Shown: positions 1 through 9,046 of the stretch, in pieces
Layout: every line of letters begins with the position of its first letter
How positions within the stretch are numbered: position 1 is the first letter of the stretch
Origin: an uncultured Alphaproteobacteria bacterium
GTDB taxonomy: Bacteria; Pseudomonadota; Alphaproteobacteria; Rhizobiales; Beijerinckiaceae
Direction: 5' to 3'
DNA length: 64,000 nucleotides
NCBI GenBank assembly: GCA_963775775.1
Contig: CAVZKF010000023.1
Location: 10,163-74,162 of the forward strand
The notes under the pieces: generated by a model
What the model was told of the DNA's origin: nothing
Databases searched by the model: none
What the model saw: only the letters and a program-made list of their open reading frames with translations
Translations under genes and position numbers: made by a program

Positions 1-123
1 TCTATAGCCGCGTAACCCGAAAAAGCTAAATCGGGGCGATTTGCACCTTACTTTCGAAGCGGCATAAGCGAGTTTCACCGCCATTCCGGGACGTGACCCG
101 GCCTTTCACGGGAATGGCAGGAA

Positions 124-405
124 ATGAATAACTCGCCTCAATATATGCGCCGCGACGCGGCGGCCCGCTACCTGAATGAGAAGTTCGGGTTCGGCAGCGT
201 GAGCTTGCTCGCCAAAGGGGTTGTTTCGGGAGATGGCCCCATATTCTTCAAGCGAGGCCATATTGTCCTCTACAAGCAGGAAGACCTTGACGAATATGCG
301 CTCGCAAAATTTCCCGGCCCGTTGCGTTCCACTCCGCCCGCGCCAGCCGCGAAGTCTTCGAAAAGACGCGGGCGCCCGTGCAAGGTCGTGGAAGCGCGCC
401 AATGA
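124..405 (+). CDS. Excisionase/AlpA-like helix-turn-helix DNA-binding protein
   Basis: YMRRDAAARYL...LAK...GDGPIFFKRGHIVLYKQEDLDEY matches the pattern of alphaproteobacterial excisionase-like proteins. Confidence 0.75.
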   Translation: MNNSPQYMRRDAAARYLNEKFGFGSVSLLAKGVVSGDGPIFFKRGHIVLYKQEDLDEYALAKFPGPLRSTPPAPAAKSSKRRGRPCKVVEARQ

Positions 406-833
406 AGCGGCGGCGGTCCATGACTGCAGAAACCAAAGCAAAAATAGCCGCTGGCGTTCGAAAGTATTGGGACACGCCCGATGCGCGTGGGCAAGCTTCC
501 GAACGAATGCGGCAGATTGCTTCACGTCCGCAGTTCCGTCAGCTCGTGTCCGAGCGAACGAAGGCGGCTATGGCCCGGCCGGAAGTGCGAGAGCGGGTCG
601 CTAACGTCGCGTCCAAATTTCGCGCGAAGATTTCTAAGGCAGTCCGCGCGGCGCTATCCACAACGGAGATGCGCGAAAAAATCTCACGCCGAACAAAGGA
701 AGGCATTGCCGCGCGCGCTGCAAGGCTCGCCGAGCTGCAAGCCTTGCGCACCGCGTGGGCGGCGGCGAGCGATATGGCGCGGCGATTGTTTATCGACGAA
801 GTGTCCGCGGGCGCCGATAGCGATGCAGGATGA
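402..833 (+). CDS. NUMOD3-like helically extended repeat DNA-binding protein
   Basis: Repeated (T/S)xETKAKI / REKISRRTK / VSERTKAAM motifs; ATGA overlap with the upstream stop. Confidence 0.55.
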   Translation: MKRRRSMTAETKAKIAAGVRKYWDTPDARGQASERMRQIASRPQFRQLVSERTKAAMARPEVRERVANVASKFRAKISKAVRAALSTTEMREKISRRTKEGIAARAARLAELQALRTAWAAASDMARRLFIDEVSAGADSDAG

Positions 834-1843
834 CCCCTACGCCTTCACCAAAAATTGGCTGGAATGCATCGCGTTCGATGACACGCTATCCCATGCCGCA
901 TGTCGGGTCGCCATCATGATTGCAATGCACCGCAACAGGGAGACGAGAGACGCTCGCGTCGGCCTCGACATGATCGCCGCCGAGGCGGGAATGACGAAAA
1001 AGGGCGCGCGCGGAATACTGCAAGCCTTGGCAAAGCGCGGTCTGCTTCGGGTATCACTGGGAGGCGGCGCTAAAAAAACCAATGTCTATTTGCCGATACT
1101 TCCAAACGGATATGTTCCACTGCTGAAACGGCCAGAGATGCGCGCCTAAAACTAGGAACGAGTGGCGACTGTTTGAATGGAGAAGCGGTCACCGGCGAGT
1201 TCCGCGAACGCTCACCGGCGGGTGACTGTTTCAACGGAGAAACGGTAACCGGCGGGTTCCAAAAACGGTCACCGGCGGGTGACCCGAACCCTTTATTAGA
1301 ACCCTTAAACCCCCAAAGCCCCCAGAAATCGAATGGTGAAGACGCCTCTTCGTCTTGGGAGGCGTTCACAGCGGTATGGCCGATCGGTCTCAATGAGCGG
1401 TGGCGGTCGGCCAAGAGGGCATTCAGTAAGCTAAGCGCGGAGGAGAGGCGACTGGCGATCGACAACGTGGGCAGCTACCTGAAGCGCTGTGCCGACCAAG
1501 GCAAAGCGCCTCTGAGCCGCAGGCAATGGAACCGCGAAAAAGGCTGGGGCTACAATTTCCCGGAGGCGAAAGCCGCAGCGCCGCAGTCGAAAGCGCCGGC
1601 CGCGCCCGGTGTTTGGGTTGACGAGACTCGCCTGAATGGCGCGCTTGGCTGAATGCCAAGGGCGTCAAATCACACCCACAAGACGCCAGGGGCGGCTGGC
1701 GCTTCCCGTCGAGACGGCCGCCAGGCCACGGCGGCGACGGCGGCGCGCTCGCCGGGACCGGCGAGAGCCTTCCCTTGGACGCCAGGGCGATCGGCGCGCC
1801 GCACGCCCTGGCTTCGACGGACGCTGGTCCGCCGCTGGCGTAG
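823..1843 (+). CDS. Replication-initiator-like protein 1 (N-terminal winged HTH), split by two frameshifts near 1140 and 1625
   Basis: LSHAACRVAIMIAMH...LDMIAAEAGMTKKGARGILQALAKRGLL...GGAKKTNVY; internal repeats; C-terminus WEAFTAVWP...SPEWRAW...GGWRFP, stop at 1841-1843. Confidence 0.6.
1167..1280 (+). repeat. 57-bp tandem duplication containing four 17-bp iteron-like repeats; putative origin of replication
   Basis: AACGGTCACCGGCGGGT variants at 1184, 1207, 1241 and 1264, followed by AT-richer CTTTATTAGAACCCTTAAAC. Confidence 0.75.
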
Positions 1844-1986
1844 GGCGCGCGCCTCGGCGGCCGTGGGTAGGGGGTTTAATTTGCGGCGAGATCAAAATCG
1901 CTGCAATCGGGCATACCCAAAGCCGCAGATTTTACGGGTTAAAAGTCGTCAAAAACAAATTTGATAACCTTCGGAAAGGCAGGCCG

Positions 1987-2472
1987 ATGATAATCAGTGG
2001 AAGACAAGCTCTCGCAGCTCGGCTGCTCCTGAAGATGGACAGGAATGACGTGTCTGCAAGAATTAATACACTCCAACGCATCCTTGGAAGCTTTGAATCC
2101 AAGGGCAGGCCGATGGGCGTCGGACGATTAGACATGCTGCAGGACTTTTTTGAGAATAACGGAATTGAATTTACTCTTGGAGGCGTCAAGATACGTGATT
2201 ATATTTCAAACGAGTCTATGGCTCCTACGCCGGAACAATGTCGCGCCGCAAGGGGACTTCTTGCCTGTTCTATGGAAAGGCTGGCGGCGCATGCTGGACT
2301 TTCGACCAGCGTAGTTTTTTGTTTGGAAAATGGCGGAAATCCTTCCAGAACCAGCGCCGCCAAGCTGTTGGGATTTTTCGACGCCGAGAAAATCGAGATG
2401 CTCCCCGGCGGCGCGCGCGACCTGGAACCCGAAAGATTTTCGATCTTTCGCGGCGGAAGGGCGCTGAAATGA
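1987..2472 (+). CDS. Protein with two tandem XRE-type HTH domains
   Basis: ISGRQALAARLLL...FENNGIEF and TPEQCRAARGLL...LENGG...EKIEM. Confidence 0.7.
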   Translation: MIISGRQALAARLLLKMDRNDVSARINTLQRILGSFESKGRPMGVGRLDMLQDFFENNGIEFTLGGVKIRDYISNESMAPTPEQCRAARGLLACSMERLAAHAGLSTSVVFCLENGGNPSRTSAAKLLGFFDAEKIEMLPGGARDLEPERFSIFRGGRALK

Positions 2473-2638
2473 CGCACGCCATGGGCGAAGCGCCGCCACG
2501 GAAAACCGCGCGTAACCGCGAAAGACGGAGCGCCGCGCTGGCCTCGACGAGGCAATCGCCGATCGCCGCGAGCGCGCCACCGGAAGCGGCGGCGGTCGAG
2601 GCAGTTTCGCGCCGCGTTATCGGCGAGGAGACGCTATC

Positions 2639-3122
2639 GTGACCCGCTCCGAGCGCGAAGAAAAATTGCGGGCCGCGCCGGAGGATGCGGCGAAGGAGTC
2701 GCCGATCGCCGCGAACTCGCCAGGCTGCGCCGACGATGAGGACGTTTCGTGGGCTGACGTGATGCTCATGATCCCGCCCCGCATCGCGCGAAAGTCCTGA
2801 ATGAGCTCTGTCGGCGCGCCCATGAAGCCACACAACTCGCCGCCGAGCTCGAAAGATTAACTCCACCACCGTCGCGCCCGCAGCGGATCGCCGCACGCGA
2901 TCGGGCGATCCGGCGCGCCGTGGCGGAACATTATCGCGACGCCCCTAAAACTGTCGCCGCAGGGGAGCTCGCCTTCGACTCAAGCTCTATGCGCAGGGCG
3001 AATTTCGCCATGGGAGGGAGCTTCCGAATGGCGCGTCGGCGCATCGACATGCCTTGCGTGAAATCTTGAAATTGAACAAAGGCAGCGCGTTGTCGAAGAG
3101 CTCAATTTGCGAGATCTTATAG
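2639..3122 (+). CDS. Hypothetical protein (frameshifted), possible transcriptional regulator
   Basis: Joined frames read ...RIAARDRAIRRAVAEHY...ALREILKLNKGSALSKSSICEIL*; not given as a single ORF in the track. Confidence 0.35.
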
Positions 3123-3217
3123 CCCGCGACGCCAGCAATTCCAGGCGATCCAGTTTTTTTTTGCAAAGCTGGATTCGATCGGCGCCATGCTCGAAACATC
3201 AATCACGGAGAGACGAC

Positions 3218-3919
3218 GTGACGCTGTTTTCGAAACTGTTTGGCGGCGCGAAAAAGACGCCCGAGGAGCTGGCGAATTTGCAGGAAGCCGGCGCCGCGCT
3301 GGAGGCGTTGCGCCAGGAACGCGCGGATGCTCGAAGGACGCTCGGCGAGCTCGTCCAGAAGCGCCGGTCCGCCCTGCTCGCCGACGAGTCGGACAAGCAA
3401 ATTCAGGCGCTCGACGCCGAGCATGATCGGCTGCTGCTCCTCCAAGAGCGTCTCGATGCGGCGGAGCCGCGCATTCTCGCGCGCATCGGCGAGCTACAAG
3501 GCAAGCAGCGGCGCGAACTGTTCGCCCAAATGCTGGGCGTATTTCGCGAGAAGGAATCCGCGCTCGACGCCGCGCTCGACGGCGCCGCCGACGCGCTCGA
3601 CGATTATCTCAACACGGTCCGACAATTCGATGTTGCGGGCTTTTCTGCGCAGGCGACGAGCGTTGTCATTCGGCCGCCCTTCATCGGCGTTGATGGCGTT
3701 GTAGCCTCCAAAAGTTTGCTGAGCAATGGCGCAGGGAGCGCGAGCGTGTCGCTGATAGACAAGCCGCCCTCGCCTCGGGACGCGAAATCGATCCGGTTCG
3801 CCCCGCTAAAAGTCGAGCATACCGTTCCGAAAGTCGCCTCCGCCGCCCGCGCCAATGTCAGTCAAGCGCGCGCCCAAGCGTTTGAGCGGCCCGGTCCCAT
3901 TCGGCTATCAGCGCGTTGA
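3218..3919 (+). CDS. Coiled-coil protein (true reading frame may extend to about 4100 through frameshifts)
   Basis: GGAG RBS, GTG start, long heptad-rich helical region. Confidence 0.6.
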   Translation: MTLFSKLFGGAKKTPEELANLQEAGAALEALRQERADARRTLGELVQKRRSALLADESDKQIQALDAEHDRLLLLQERLDAAEPRILARIGELQGKQRRELFAQMLGVFREKESALDAALDGAADALDDYLNTVRQFDVAGFSAQATSVVIRPPFIGVDGVVASKSLLSNGAGSASVSLIDKPPSPRDAKSIRFAPLKVEHTVPKVASAARANVSQARAQAFERPGPIRLSAR

Positions 3920-4066
3920 ATGCCAAATGAACAACGTCTCTTTCGAAGAAACAGATGTGCGTCATTGGTGATCAATTCGATGTCATGAAGGAAGTCGCCG
4001 ACTATGTGCTTCGTGGCGCGGCGTTCACCTTGGTCGCGTTCCCGAAAACGTCGATGACGCCGCCCA

Positions 4067-4348
4067 ATGAGCGCCTCGTCACCAAATCTCAACGTCATTC
4101 TCGGAACTGTAAAGGTGCAACGCCAATTATCGCCAATGCTTGACGGGGCGAATTTTCAGATGGGGCGGAGCGTGACGATCGGCGCGACGCCATATGCTGC
4201 GAAGCCCGCCGAAAGATTGGCCCGACGCTTGACGGCCAATCCGCAAACGATCGGGAGCGGAGTGTCGATAATCGTTTTCCAGGCGGAAGCCGCCGCCCTG
4301 GTCAATGCCGGCGCCGCGACGCTCGGCGCAATCGTCTCGAATGGATAG
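4067..4348 (+). CDS. Hypothetical phage-like small protein
   Basis: ORF in operon context ending in VFQAEAAALVNAGAAT. Confidence 0.45.
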   Translation: MSASSPNLNVILGTVKVQRQLSPMLDGANFQMGRSVTIGATPYAAKPAERLARRLTANPQTIGSGVSIIVFQAEAAALVNAGAATLGAIVSNG

Positions 4349-5035
4349 ATCGATGAAACTAGCTTCTTCTCAAAAATAATCGCAAAGGACGCGGGTTTAG
4401 GCCCCAGACAAATTCGCATCCGCGCGTCGGACACGACCGTAGATCGCGTGGGCGATGTTCTCGAGGCTTCCGGCGCTGATCTTTCGAACTACCGGAGGAA
4501 TCCGATTGTCCTTTTCAATCACGACCCCAGCCACCCAGTCGGAACGGCGAGCCTTAGCCGCAATGGCAATGCAATCGATGGCGTGATCACCTTTGCGCCT
4601 CAAGGCGCGAGTCAGAAATCGGACGAAGTTTGCGAATTGGCGAAAGCTGGCGTGTTGTCCGGCGTTTCGGTCGGATTTGATCCGATCGACGCGTCACCTT
4701 ATCCACTCGGTTTTCGCATTACAAAATGGGAGCTTCTCGAAGTAAGCCTGGTCGCAATTCCATGTAATCCTTCCGCGAGAGTTTTGGAGCGCAGATACGG
4801 ATCGTCGAGCCGCGCCGAGCGATTGGTCGAAATCGCCGAGCTCCGCGAAAGAGCTGGCCTTGGCTATCGCGACGCCACGCCGGCCGCGCCGTCCAAACTT
4901 ACGGAGCGGCAGAAGTTCATTCTCAACGAACACAATCGCGTGCTCGACATGAGCGCGCGTCTCTATGAACGCGACCCGGATGCGCAAAAAGCCGAGCGAA
5001 TTCGTGAAATCCGTAAACTGACTTCCGGATACTAG
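4349..5035 (+). CDS. HK97-family prohead protease with a C-terminal helical extension (start uncertain; ATG near 4353 is one base out of frame)
   Basis: DRVGDV, NPIVLFNHD, GVLSGVSVGF and WELLEVSLVAIPCNPSA motifs. Confidence 0.9.
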   Translation: MDETSFFSKIIAKDAGLGPRQIRIRASDTTVDRVGDVLEASGADLSNYRRNPIVLFNHDPSHPVGTASLSRNGNAIDGVITFAPQGASQKSDEVCELAKAGVLSGVSVGFDPIDASPYPLGFRITKWELLEVSLVAIPCNPSARVLERRYGSSSRAERLVEIAELRERAGLGYRDATPAAPSKLTERQKFILNEHNRVLDMSARLYERDPDAQKAERIREIRKLTSGY

Positions 5036-5036
5036 C

Positions 5037-5267
5037 ATGGCCGCGCCGCGCTCGATGTTCACGCCAGCGCTGGAACTCGCGGCCGTTATGGCGACGGGAG
5101 ACGGTCGCGCGATCCATGAAAAGATGCGCGAACTTGCGAGAAGCGAGCGGGCGTTTCTGCTTGGCGCTGGCTACGATGAGGCGGCGGCGAAATTTCTCGC
5201 GATATGTGGGATCGCGATGATCCAGGACGCGGCGAAGAAGCTCAATTGCGTGGCGGGCATCGAATGA
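5037..5267 (+). CDS. Hypothetical protein
   Basis: 76-aa ORF starting 1 bp after the protease stop. Confidence 0.5.
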   Translation: MAAPRSMFTPALELAAVMATGDGRAIHEKMRELARSERAFLLGAGYDEAAAKFLAICGIAMIQDAAKKLNCVAGIE

Positions 5268-5386
5268 GTTTCGCGCGGTTTTTCCATGGCCGCGCGGGAT
5301 GGGGAGCGGCGAAGGGCGGGGCGAGGGGCGATTGACCGACATGGCGAACTCCTCGCCCCATTCAACTTGAAACAGGAAAGAGAACC

Positions 5387-7851
5387 ATGTCGGAGAGTGC
5401 TGTCACAATTCGGTTCGGCGCGGACGTTAGTGGCCTTGACAGCGCCGTCGCCGTCGCGAAGGCCCAGCTCGCCGGCTTCAATGCCGAAATCCGCAAGCTC
5501 GCCAAGGAAGCCGCCGCGACCGGCGGGACGGTCAGCGACGATCTCGCCAAGGCGCTCCGCGAAGCTTCGGCCGGCGCGGCCGGCCTGCAGTGCGAGTTGA
5601 AGTCGCTCACGGCGAAGCCGATTATTGAGGTCGAGTCCGCCGCGAAACACTTTAACAAGCAACTCGACAACATCGCGGCCTTCGCCTGGAACAATACGAG
5701 CCTTTTCGGGAACGAAATCGAGCGAGTGGTCAATCCATTGAAGGGACTCGCCTCGACGATTGGCGTGGTTCCGACAGTGGCGACGGCGGCGGCGGCGGCC
5801 ATTGGATTTCTAGCCTATAAGACCGGATCGTTCGCGCATGATCAGCTAACGGAATTGGCTGACGCGGCGAAGCAATCCGGCATTTCCTCCACCGCGGTTC
5901 AAGGCGCGAAAATCGTCGGCGCCGGCGCTGGCGTCGACTTTGACGCGATGGTCGCCGCTCTCAAGGCGGCGAATGAAGAGTTCCAGAAGTTCAAGCGGAA
6001 CGATGGCGATTTAAAGGACGCGCTCGACAAGATCGACAAAGGCTTTTTGAAGGTTCTCGACGGCGCGAAAACCACTGGCGAGTTCATAGACCTGGTTGGG
6101 CAAAAGATCAGAGCCCTCCCGAAAGAAGAGGGAATCGACCTCGCCAAGGCGCTGTTCGATGATGCGACCGGCGAGAAGCTGTTCGAGCCGATCATCAACG
6201 GCCAGCTTGAAATGAAAAAGCTCGGCGACACCGCGCGCGCCGCCGGAACGGCGATCGACGAAGGCGTCGTCAAGGGCGCGCGCGACGCCAAATTCGAAAT
6301 CGATGCGGCGGCCGAAAAAGCAAATCAGCGTCTCCTCGTCGCGCTGGAGGGCCTCGCCGCGCCAGTCGCGGCCATGAAGCTCGAATTTTACAAGGCATCA
6401 GAAGCGATAGTCCAAGCGTCGCTTAACACGTCGGCATTCGTGTCGCAGCTGCATCAGGCGCTCGACCAATCGCGCCAGATCGCGCGCGAAATCCAGGAGC
6501 ACTCGACCAAAGGCGTCCCATTCAAACAAGCCTTCGCGCGCGAGCTCTCCGAGGGCAAGTCCCCGACCGGGAACGCCAAGCTTCCCGATCTCGATATCGG
6601 CTTAAATGCCGGATCGTCCCGCGCGCGCTACGAGGCGCGGGACAAGGACGACGACAAAAAAGAAAAAGGGCGCGAAGGACAAATCCAATGGCGACGCGCT
6701 CGCCGCCGCGCGCACAGAAATCGATGGCGAAATCCAGGCCGTCCTGCAGCAAACCGAAATCAACAAGGCGCAATACGAGCTCGACTTCGCCAACAAGAAA
6801 ATCACCGAGGACGAGAAAAGCCGCCTCGTTAAGCAGGCGGACGAACAGCAGTTCGAGGCGACCAAATCGCTCTACGAGCGCGAGGCGGCCATCGCCGGCC
6901 AGAAGCCCCAGCAACGTCAGGTGATCAATAACAAGATCGAAGCGCTCGAATCGCAGCATCAAGTGAAGATGCTCGAGCTGGCGACCAAGGAAGTCCAGGA
7001 CGCGGCGAAACTTGCCCACGAGAGGCGCCCAGCAGTTCGCCGGCACGCTCACGTCGTCGCTTTCGCAAGCGCTGATCGGCGCGGTCGAGCACACGCGCAC
7101 GAAGAACGCGGGTAAAAAACTCGCGCAATCGCTGTTTTCCGAACTCACAAATGAGTTCATGAAGAACACATTGACGGATCCTCTGGAGAAGGCGCTTGAG
7201 CCTGGTTTCAAGGCAATGGGCGACTTAATCACGTTGCCATTCCAAGACGCGATCAAGAATGCGCTCGGCGCGGTTGGCGGCGGCCTTTCTGGCGTGCTCG
7301 GGGCGACGGCTGGCGCTGCGGGCTGCGGCGCTGGGGCTGCGGCGCTGTCCACGGCTGGCCTTGGCTTGTCATCGTCAGCGGCGGAACTGACCACGTCGGC
7401 GGCGGCGCTGTCATCGGCGGCGGCCGCGATCGGCGCTGGGGGCGCTGCCGCGGGCGCTGGAGGAGCCGCGGCGGCCGGCGGCGGCGGACTGCTCGCCGGC
7501 CTCGGCGGACTGCTCAAGGCGGTGCTTCCGGGATTCGACATCGGCTCCTGGCAGGTCCCATCGCTCGGCAACTTCGACGGCAAGGGCGGTTTCCCCGCGC
7601 TGGTACACCCCGGCGAGATGATTATCCCCGCCGGTCCAGCGGGCGCACTGCGCCAAGCGGGCGCGTCTGGCGCCTCCAAATCCGCGAGCGCGCCCGGTCC
7701 CGTGGTGCACGCGCCGACCAATGTCAGCATCACCGCGATGGACGCCCGGAGCGTAGCGCGCGCGTTCAATAGCAATGATCGGGAGTTGTTCAAGGCGATC
7801 GGCCGCGCGGCCCAGCGCGGCGCGCATCTCGGCATCAAGGGACTGTCGTGA
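5387..7851 (+). CDS. Tail tape-measure-like protein of about 820 aa, frameshifted near 6660 and 7015
   Basis: N-terminal VTIRFGADVSGL, Ala/Gly-rich helical body, C-terminal GFDIG...ALVHPGEMIIPA...TNVSITAMDARS typical of tape measure ends. Confidence 0.75.
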
Positions 7852-7852
7852 C

Positions 7853-8230
7853 ATGAGCGAACAAAAGACGCAGGGTGCGTCATTCGAGGAGCTTTGCGCG
7901 GCGTTGCGCGGACGCCTGCGATCCTCTGGGTTTTGCAAGGAAGCCGCCGACGCCATCATGACGGCCGCGCGATCAAGCGTCGACTGGACGACCGCCGAGC
8001 CGCCCTACCTTGTCCCGCCGATGGCGCTGTCGGCGCTTCAAGCGCCGCGCAGCACCTGGAGCCGACGCTGCGCCGACGCGCGCGAAGTGATCGTGCGCCT
8101 GGAGGCGAACATTCATCATATGAATTACGGGTTCGGGCCGCCGCTCGGCGTGAAGGCAGCGCGGCCTGATTGGTTGCGCCCGATCGACGGCGGGAAGTCC
8201 TCCCCGCGTGGAGGCAATAACGACGAATAG
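7853..8230 (+). CDS. Hypothetical protein
   Basis: ATG 1 bp after the tape-measure stop. Confidence 0.45.
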   Translation: MSEQKTQGASFEELCAALRGRLRSSGFCKEAADAIMTAARSSVDWTTAEPPYLVPPMALSALQAPRSTWSRRCADAREVIVRLEANIHHMNYGFGPPLGVKAARPDWLRPIDGGKSSPRGGNNDE

Positions 8231-8244
8231 CTCCTTCTTAGAGT

Positions 8245-8649
8245 TTAAGACGGCTTGCTCCGCTCTGCCGCCAGGGTCTGTAAAATATTGGCTAAATCGC
8301 GTCCCCCTTGTGCAAGTCGCTTATTGTCAATTTGGAAAGTCAGAGCGAAGCCGCCAATTTGAACTGAAAGAAGAGATTTGTTTGGGTCCGGGCCTCCGGC
8401 AAGACGAAGCCCGTCCGCTGAAATTGGTAACACCGACTCTGTCATTCCCAATAATGATGCAGATGGATTGAGCGCAGCGGCTTGGCCCGCCGTCTGCGCT
8501 ATAGCCCCGATCCAGTTCGATACGTCATCGAAATTCAGAGCGACATCTAGAGTTTCTCCATCGCCGCGTTCAATGCGGAAGGCGATACCGCGAAAGCCAT
8601 CCGCTCCGGCAAAACTGGAGAGAATGGCTCTATCTTTATCATCGATCAT
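8245..8649 (-). CDS. Hypothetical protein translationally coupled to the XRE repressor
   Basis: ATGA overlap with the XRE stop; lower GC than its neighbours. Confidence 0.6.
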   Translation of the reverse strand: MIDDKDRAILSSFAGADGFRGIAFRIERGDGETLDVALNFDDVSNWIGAIAQTAGQAAALNPSASLLGMTESVLPISADGLRLAGGPDPNKSLLSVQIGGFALTFQIDNKRLAQGGRDLANILQTLAAERSKPS

Positions 8650-8888
8650 TGCTCGCCCTTCCTCAACCTCACGCCCGCCCCGCCGCCGTTCTCGGCGATG
8701 AACTCGACGCCGGCCCGTTCGAGGGCGGCGCGGATCGCGGCGACATTGTTCGCCGAAGGAACTCGACGCCCCTTTTCGAAATCTCTCACCGTGCTCTCGC
8801 TCAGATTTGAGTGAGAAGCGAGCTGAGTCTGTGACCAATCGAGGAGGCCCCGCGCCGCGCGGGATTGTTCTGGCGATAGCGTTTTCAA
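8646..8888 (-). CDS. XRE-family transcriptional repressor
   Basis: SPEQSRAARGLLDWSQTQLA...TVRDFEKGRR...ALERAGVEFIAENGGGAGVRL; TTG start inferred. Confidence 0.9.
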   Translation of the reverse strand: MKTLSPEQSRAARGLLDWSQTQLASHSNLSESTVRDFEKGRRVPSANNVAAIRAALERAGVEFIAENGGGAGVRLRKGEQ

Positions 8889-8967
8889 CGGGAAGCGTTC
8901 CTTATAAACGGAAACCGTTGACAAGGGCGTAATCAACGGTTAGCGTCACAATTACACGGTTTTCGTG
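8887..8967. promoter_or_regulatory. Divergent switch: four ACG-N5-CGT operators overlapping a sigma70-type promoter
   Basis: ACG-N5-CGT at 8888, 8908, 8936 and 8956; TTGACA(8918-8923)-N17-TAGCGT(8941-8946). Confidence 0.75.
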
Positions 8968-9046
8968 AATTTCCTAGCCCAAAGCCAACGCAAAAAGCCT
9001 TGCGGTTTATGCGAACGCTCCCGGCTTGCCTGAAAACGAGGCTCCC

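Noticed and set aside
1167-1280. Mini CRISPR array
   Set aside because: Spacers are 6-17 bp and themselves duplicated, the repeats are in frame within a gene, and no cas genes are present
5318-5359. HDV-like ribozyme (GGCGAA before a closing stem)
   Set aside because: Only 20 nt lie between the paired strands, too few for P3, P1 and P4
6640-7030. Programmed frameshifting in the tape measure gene
   Set aside because: Similar indels occur throughout housekeeping genes, and one shift sits in an A-rich run; sequencing error is the simpler explanation
3218-7851. Gene transfer agent or tailocin cluster
   Set aside because: No capsid, portal, terminase, tube or sheath genes, and it is linked to replication and excision genes at a tRNA
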